Below, one piece after another: positions 49,750 to 64,000 of a DNA stretch of 64,000 bases. Location: the NCBI RefSeq assembly GCF_009914755.1, contig NC_060926.1. One strand, 5' to 3'. The stretch is from the human T2T-CHM13v2.0 reference genome, Homo sapiens. Under the pieces are notes generated by a model. That model had not been told where the DNA came from and made no database searches. It was given only the letters and a program-made list of their open reading frames with translations. The translations under genes and the position numbers were made by a program. The first letter of the stretch is position 1. Each line of letters begins with the position of its first letter.

Positions 49750-50974
49750 AGAGACATCTGACTTCATTTCCCTTCATTAACAACCATCTAAGGAAGTTCC
49801 TATTACTTTGGGAACTCCTAGTAGCAGGTGGTTAAAAAAAACTCCTGGACAACATACTATGCTATTTGAATCATCCTACTTCTTACGCGTTCCTCCAGGA
49901 TGCACTCTTCTCCCATTCTGAAACTGACAGTTCTCTTTACAAACTGTGTATGTTTCATTCCTGGATTGCATCTGAGCTGCCGCCATGGAACGGGCATTGA
50001 GTTTTAGCGTGTGTGATGTCCCATGTGTTCATTTTGTCTCCCCACACTATAAACTTGAGAGGCAAGGCCAACTCTTTTATGTCTTCAAATGCTTTGCTGC
50101 CAAACACAGGATTGGAAATGGCCAACAAAGACTAAAATGCTACTTCTCTACCCTTTTCACTATGCCATCTACTGGAAATTTAAGCAAGACTTGCAGAGAT
50201 CACTTCAGGTTATCTGTTCCCCTGCAAGAAACACTTGTGGTTTGGCCTGAAATAGTTTTCTGCTGATTCTTTCTCTACAGCCCTGAACCCTAAAAACAAA
50301 TGAAATGCATCAACACAATACTAAATGCCTACATATTATTACTATTATGTCTTTAAAAAAAGAGTGAAAGCTTTTTCATGTTTGCTTTAAATCAACCATG
50401 TAGAAACTGGAGGGACCAGTGAAGAGGAATAGAGGGAATGAACTCAAATGCTCTAACTTGCAATAGGACAGTTGGGTTCTTACTTTGACTCACCTGACCT
50501 TTACAACCATTAGCCAGCTCACATGATGCCCAAACAAGTTGCTGAGCCTCCTGCCCATCCTCTGTATATATCCCTGGTTTCCTGTCTCAAGCTTTAGGCT
50601 AATCTCCATCAACACTGACCTCACATGAATACTAAATGCAGATGTCTGACCTCATATTTCTCTGCCAGTCAGATCCCTGGCCTCTTTACTACAGACCTTA
50701 AGGACCAGTTCTCAAACTCATCTCATTGGCATCTTTTCACATCACGAAATCTATCTGGTCAGGATTTGAATAAAACTGTATTTTTACTTTAATACAAAAG
50801 AGTCAACATGGGCAGTGACTAAATAAAGGGGGTGGGGACAGAGTTAACACGAGCCACCTATGCTGTTACATATATATATATATATCCCGATTAATTTCAG
50901 TTGGTGAAGAGGAAGACCCTCGGGCACAGATTTCAACACTGTGCTGCACTCAGACCCAAAATCCTTTGACTTAT

Positions 50975-51140
50975 TTTTATTTTTTGGGATGAGGTCTCGC
51001 TATGTTGCCCAGGCTGGAGTACAGTGGCTATTCATAGGCACTATCATAGTGCAGGGTAGCCTTGAACTCCTGGCCTCATGATCCTCCCACCTCAGCCTCC
51101 CTAGTGGCTGGTAGCTGGGACTACAGACACAACCAGCCCT
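50975..51140 (-). mobile_element. FAM (fossil Alu monomer); a second FAM at ~56824-56998(-)
   Basis: Both retain the 7SL-derived segment GCTATTCA(C/T)AGGC...ATCAT that dimeric Alus lack. Confidence 0.75.
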
Positions 51141-51926
51141 CTGACTTATTTTTACTACTCTGCTGTGAAACTCACCCAATCTTTACTTTGGCCTTCATTA
51201 TTGAGGCTTCCTTAAAGCAGTGGTTCTCAAAGTACCAGGTCCTGATCAGCAGCATCAGCATCAATTTGTTAAAAATACAAATGCTCTATGGGGCCCTACC
51301 TCAGACTTACTGAATCAAAACTCCTTAGTCAAGACTTAACTGCTGGTAAGTGACTGAGTTTTTGGTCAAAGGCATTTCCTTTTAGCACTTGTTCTCTGGG
51401 TCCTGATTTTTCTTTACTTATTTCAACAGAATGACCTTTCCCATTGTATTCCATCAGAGAGTGCTAATTAGAAGCAAAACCACAGCTTAATTGTCTTTTT
51501 TTTTTTTAACTTCGCATTCCCAAGTTACACCGTCATTTTCTTTTTGTGACTATGCCCTTGAAAATCTAGGGCAATAGGTCTGCTCAGTGTTGTTGATTTT
51601 CTTATCCACAAGACTGGTTTCACTTTATTAGAACTTTCTAGTTCCAAAATTAGGCTATCCTGCTAACTTCCTTCCCACTTGAGTGTTCCACTACATACAT
51701 TCCACAGCCCTTTACACTTGGAAATACTTTCACACATTGGCTTGCAGGCTAGATAGATTGTCCACCTTTTATCTGTAAAAGGTAAAACAGAAACTCAGTG
51801 AGATTAAAGCCATAGCTATAAAGTAGTGAAGTTTAAAGTTCTGGTACCTACTTCAGTCCCTGACTCATAACAAGCGCTCAATATATTTAACAAGTATGTG
51901 AATGACCATGGAAGCCAGATCTTTGA

Positions 51927-58095
<6,169 letters not shown>

Positions 58096-58828
58096 TTAAA
58101 GTGAAAGTCTTTCTAAACCATAAAGAATGATTGTTACTTTTAAAATATATCTAATGACATGAACCTACAGTGAGACTCATCATTGGACAAAAAGTCACGT
58201 CTGTTCGTCTGTAATAGGCCTAATATTTCTGAATGACTCAACTCCTAAAAATTAGCCCATCTCAAAATCAGTGACCAAGATTCTGATCTTCTCAAATTAT
58301 TTTACTCTTCAGTTGTAGTTTTTATGCATCTTTAAATGGCCTTCCTAATATTTTCACCATTTTTTAAGAAGTCTCTACTGATACATATTTAAGCTACAAG
58401 GTATGAGTATATTCTACCAACCGTGTCAAAAGAACTTACTGATCTTTGCCAACCAAAGATTAACAAATGAATGTACAAATATGTTGAAATAAAAATCTCT
58501 CGATTCTATTCTCATGTTAGAATGCAATTTAAAAAATTATTATTAATATCTACCTAAATGCCATTAAGAAAAAACTGCCAAGTTCTAACTACAAAATAGG
58601 TGCAATATTTAAAATTTCTGATCTCAGAAAATAATTTAAAAACTTAAAGACAAAGCTGATAGATTTAAATCCTCCCCCCATCCCAAAACTTTACTTACAC
58701 TCTTTTCCTCAGGAAAGGTGTCCTCTCTCCTACTGAGTTCTTAGCGGTATTCTATATCCTCTTCCTCTAGTGCAAGGAAGCCCAAAAAGCAGTCAAAAGG
58801 AGATACCACAGGCTGAGCCCGCTTTTAA

Positions 58829-59804
<976 letters not shown>

Positions 59805-60020
59805 TAGAAAATAATCTATTCTTTAAGGCCACTTTGATAACATAATTCATTACTCAGCACATACCATTTTACTGGTCTTAAGAAATGATCATTTTTTCTC
59901 AATTCAAAATGTTATTTTTACTATGATTTTTATTTAAAAAGTAGTGTCCTGATTTAAATTTTGGGATACCAGAGTCCTACTGAATTCTGCCTTTTCATTT
60001 CCCCTTAGAAAACAAGTATA

Positions 60021-60355
60021 GGTCGGGCGTGGTGGCTCATGCCTGTAATCCTAGCATTTTGGGAAGCTCAGGCAGGTGGATCACCTGAGGTCAGGAGTTC
60101 AAGACCAGCCTGGCCAACATGGTGAAACCCCGTCTCTACTAAAAATAAAAAAAATTAGCCGGGTGTGGTGGCGGGTGCCTGTAATCCCAGCTACTCGGGA
60201 GGCTGAGGCAGGAGAATCTGTTGAACCCAGAAGGCGGAGGTTGTGGTGAGCCAAGATCGCACCACTGCACTCTTAGCCTGGGCAACAGAGTGAAACTCTG
60301 TCTCAAAAAAAAAAAAAAAAAAAAAAAAAAAGGGAAAAAAGAAAAGAAAAGAAAA
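60021..60355 (+). mobile_element. AluSx-like
   Basis: Full dimer, long A-tail. TSD AGAAAACAA(G/C)TATA. Confidence 0.9.
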
Positions 60356-60584
60356 CAACTATAAATGAAGCCTTGTTTCATATTCACATTTTAGGATCAA
60401 GAAGAATCCTACATAGCTATTTTTTCAGATTATCTTCTGACTTAAAAATCAGTTCTCAAGTCATTCAGTCTCAGTTATTTTACTAATCTGAGATTGGTTA
60501 GTAAAATAATAGCTATTGTGATACTATAAAACCAAAATTATTTTGAACTCACTAATAGTAAGATTGAATGTTTACAAACAGAAG

Positions 60585-60920
60585 CATAGAGTCCCCAACT
60601 TAATTTTTTGACTTTACAATGGTGTGGAAATGACATGCATTCAGTAGAAAGCATACTTCAAGTACCTATACAATCAATGGTTTTCACTTTCAGTGTTCAA
60701 CAAATTACCTGAGAGATCCAACGCTTTAGTATAAAGTAGGCTTCATGTTCTTTGATTTTGCCCAACTGTAGGGCTAAGTGTTCTGGGCACATTTAATGTA
60801 GGATAGGTTAAGCTATAATGTTCATTAGGTCAGGTGTATTCAGTGCAGTTTTGACTTCGTATTTTCAACTTGCAATGGGTTTATCAGGGTGTAGCCCCAT
60901 TTTAAGTTGAGGAGTATCTG
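60585..60920 (-). mobile_element. MER47/Tigger5-type DNA transposon just downstream of the YWHAQ poly(A) site
   Basis: Reverse complement begins CAGATACTCCTCAACTTAAAATGGGGCTACACCCTGATAAACCCATTGCAAGTTGAAAATA. Confidence 0.75.
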
Positions 60921-61027
60921 TGTCTGAACTCTTACATTCCTTTTGAATATCCACTGAAGCACAATTCTAATAACAGCCAAGGCACTCACAATCACATAAT
61001 TAACTTTGCTAGTTTTAAAATGTCCAC

Positions 61028-61033
61028 TTTATT
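61028..61033 (-). terminator. YWHAQ: YWHAQ distal poly(A) signal AATAAA
   Basis: TTTATT on the + strand, with a U/GU-rich element downstream on the - strand (TTATGTGATTGTGAGTG, ~61000-60984). Confidence 0.8.
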
Positions 61034-61978
61034 CCATATAACACTTAACCAGATATCATTTACATCTGAGGAAGAGATGGCCCATGAGACTGATCTATAG
61101 TAAAACACTCTAAGAAATGCAGTCCAATTTTATACACTTCCAGGCATCCCTAGACAAGTGTGTCACAATGCACAATGTGGAAATATAGGTATCACTACTA
61201 CATTTTACATAAAAGGGAAGTATCAATAAACTTTAGAAAGTAGTAAATTCACCTGTCCCTTAAAATATGGGTATGCAATTGTTACAAAGCCATAGTAAAT
61301 GGTTTATAAAATGTACTTTTATTTTATGTTACTCTGCTGTTACATAGGGCATAACATTTTCACAAGGCTTTTTTGGGACTACAGTCAATGATTAGCAACA
61401 CACAATAGTGGTCCAACTCTCTAAATAACAATCACTAGACAAACTGGACACCCTCTCACATGTGCACAAATCTGCATGGAAAAGTACTAAAGTTTTAGAC
61501 TTGGACTTGTGTACTTTAATTTATTTCCCCTTTCTAGTGTATTAAGAAATGACATGCACTTTAATTTGCCAAAAGCAATGCTTGTATTCTGGCAGCAACA
61601 TGCTACTTCTATCACATAGTAAAGTGAATACCAGAACTACAAAGGCAGGAGGTGTAAGTGAATTTTTATTGGGAGGGGAGGTTGGCAACTTAAACAGCAG
61701 CAAATAAAGAGTGAATAAGGAAACTCCCTGTTGCCACAGATACACAAGACCTCCGTATGTGATACAGGAGCCATTTCAATTTGTGACCCCTAGACAGAGA
61801 TGGCAAGTGCTTTTCCATTCAATCTAATACTTCCGGATTCCTACTAAAAAGGAATACATTAAGAGCATGGAAAAGTTGCTTACTGAAAGGAAACCCCCGA
61901 AGAGTAAGGGAGGGAATGTAGAAATTAAGAAGTTATGTGGAATACTCTTTAAATTGTAATTAACTACATTTTCTTATT

Positions 61979-61986
61979 TTCACAGT
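61979..61986 (-). promoter_or_regulatory. miR-27 8mer seed site (ACUGUGAA) in the YWHAQ 3'UTR
   Basis: TTCACAGT on the + strand is an exact 8mer. Other seeds: miR-1/206 7mer-m8 ACAUUCC (61919-61913) and miR-302/372 AGCACUU (61811-61805). Function not shown by sequence alone. Confidence 0.55.
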
Positions 61987-62318
61987 AATACAAAACACAG
62001 TCACTTGCAGAACTGGTTCAGATTACTTAAATACCAGATACATTTTTAGTCCTCTACATAAGTGTTTGGGAGTTACTTATGTTTATATGAAATGAAGCTA
62101 TTAATACTTTTCTACAGCAGTACTGCACACCAGGAAGGCCAAGACAAACACAAATCAAGGAATGAAGTTTTCCCAAAGCTGCAGTGTGAAAAGACTATAA
62201 ACAGTTGATTCCATACACATGAATGGGTTTCTTTGCTATAGGAAATCCAAGTGGAATAAGGAATGGAGATGTGTAAAAAGGTTTCTTGAAGGAAAGAAGG
62301 ATGACACCCTGTATGGAT

Positions 62319-62378
62319 TTAGTTTTCAGCCCCTTCTGCCGCATCACATTCTTCTCCTGCACTGTCTGATGTCCAAAG
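62319..62378 (-). CDS. YWHAQ: YWHAQ (14-3-3 theta/tau) terminal coding exon, LWTSDSAGEECDAAEGAEN*
   Basis: Acceptor TTCTTTTTCTAG|. 19 codons plus TAA (62321-62319). The isoform-specific acidic C-terminus matches 14-3-3 theta. Confidence 0.97.
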   Translation of the reverse strand, partial: LWTSDSAGEECDAAEGAEN

Positions 62379-62658
62379 CTAGAAAAAGAAGAATCATATT
62401 AAGTTACTATTTCTAGATTAGGCAATTACACTAAGTAGTATTGTTATATCAAAATTAACTACAAGAGTAGTAAATTCCTCAAACAATGGAGATCTTGACT
62501 AAGACTGAAGTTCTCTCTCAAAACCCCAAAGACCATCACCTTCCCAAAGTACATCCTTGCAGACCTTTCACTATGCACTTACAAAATGACATACATACAT
62601 ACATACATATACCACTGGAGCATGGTTTTATAGCTTCCTTTTTATTTAAAAAGCATTT

Positions 62659-62962
62659 GGCCAGGCACAGTGGCTCACGCCTGTAATCTCAGCACGTAGG
62701 GAGGCCAAGATGAGAAGATCGCATGAGGCCAGGAGTTCAACAGCCTGGACAACATAGCAAGATCCCACGTCTACAAAAAATTTCAAAAACAAAATTGGCC
62801 AGGTACGGGGTGGTGTGTGCCTATAGTCCTAACTACTCAGGAGGCTGAGGCAGGAGGACTGCTTGAATCCAGGAGGTTGAGGCTGGAGTGATCCATGATT
62901 ATGACACTGCACTCCAGCCTAGGCAACAGGGTGAGATCCTGTCTCAAAAAAAAAAAAAAAAA
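62659..62962 (+). mobile_element. AluJ in the last intron of YWHAQ
   Basis: AluJ-like consensus with A-tail. Confidence 0.88.
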
Positions 62963-64000
62963 GAGAAACTTTTTTAAAAAGGCACTCTACTTTCAGAATA
63001 AGCAAAGTGATAGTCTCTATTCCCAGCAGCCCAATGCTCTTCTTGAAAGCACTACTGCATTATTATTACAGACTAATAAAGCAAAACATTTTCACAGGGA
63101 GGAAAAAGCCACAATCATGGTTAACAATTTTCAAGTGTGTGAAGGGCTAAACTATAGGAAAAGCAGACTTACTTTGTGTTTCTCCAAGAATTAAATAGAA
63201 GTGGGTGATGGAAGCTACAGGGAAGCAATGTGTGCATGTATAGACAGGGTTCTTGAATTAGACAGAATGTTAAAACTAAGTGGATCTTCCAGGATCTCTC
63301 TGATTTTAGGATAGGAAGATGAAGTGAAGAAGAGAAGTCAGTATTTATTGACTATAATTGCACTTTATTAGACCAACAGCAAGACATTAGTGTTAATTTC
63401 AGAAAAGCCAGAATCTTACATAATCCTTAGATTATTATGAAGATACTAAATAAAAACAAACAAAACAAAATCCCCCAAAGACCTGTCTCCATAATAGAGA
63501 TGATAAAACAAAACCGATTAAAAGATAGTTAGCTCCAAGGTATACATCTGGGAAGAGGTATAACTGCCTAATTTGCTCTTCCTCTGTAGAACTATTTGCT
63601 GATCATCTTCCATTGTCCCCTCACAACCACAGGCACTTCTCATGGCTAGAAATGCAGGGTCTTCGTTCCCCTTTCAGTGGATTCATAATTACCCTATTCA
63701 GCAAAATTGAATAGACATGGTGCTAATATTTAAAAAATCCTATCTAGTAAATGATAAAGCACCAAACTAGGGGGCTGGGAGGACGAGATCTATATTAAAA
63801 GATTTGTTCCCTTCTTTTTCCTTCTGTGAAGTCTAAGATTTTACCTATCAAATTTACTTGAACCTACAAAAGAATGTTAAAGTAAAGCTTAAGCTGTACT
63901 TTTTCTTGATTACTTCCTTTATCAATTGCCTATCTAAGAAGCAGGGAGAAAAAGACAAACAAAACAGAAGCTTTTGCCTAGAAGCAGAGAAGGAGTAAGT

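Larger units (their letters stand above)
61008..62318 (-). other. YWHAQ: YWHAQ 3'UTR (~1.3 kb, repeat-free, AU-rich)
   Basis: Follows the stop codon and ends ~20 nt after AATAAA at 61033-61028. The exact cleavage site is approximate. Confidence 0.88.

Overview
Human (primate) genomic DNA recognisable as the ADAM17-YWHAQ interval on 2p25.1, with both genes on the - strand. The left half (1-32.9 kb) holds ADAM17 (TACE) coding exons 1-7. I mapped all seven with GT-AG boundaries, giving a continuous 843-nt frame covering the signal peptide, prodomain, furin site and start of the catalytic domain. Next come a TATA-less CpG-island promoter (~32.4-33.5 kb) and a ~28-kb Alu-saturated intergenic region. 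The right end holds the terminal exon and 3'UTR of YWHAQ (14-3-3 theta) and part of its last intron. Nearly all other ORFs in the track are Alu or low-complexity artefacts. I see no new multi-gene system. The most interesting observations are: (i) an AUG-UGA start-stop uORF overlapping an in-frame GUG in the ADAM17 leader; (ii) a promoter haplotype whose -172 base completes a perfect ETS/GABPA site; (iii) a 256-bp, ~97% identical inverted duplication that looks like an Alu-mediated template switch; (iv) a U13 snoRNA retrocopy in ADAM17 intron 4; (v) a divergent polyadenylated transcript signature; (vi) a probable gene conversion between neighbouring Alus; (vii) a triple-nested Alu; and (viii) a flip in Alu orientation bias at the CpG island. 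Repeat boundaries and subfamily names were assigned by eye and are approximate.
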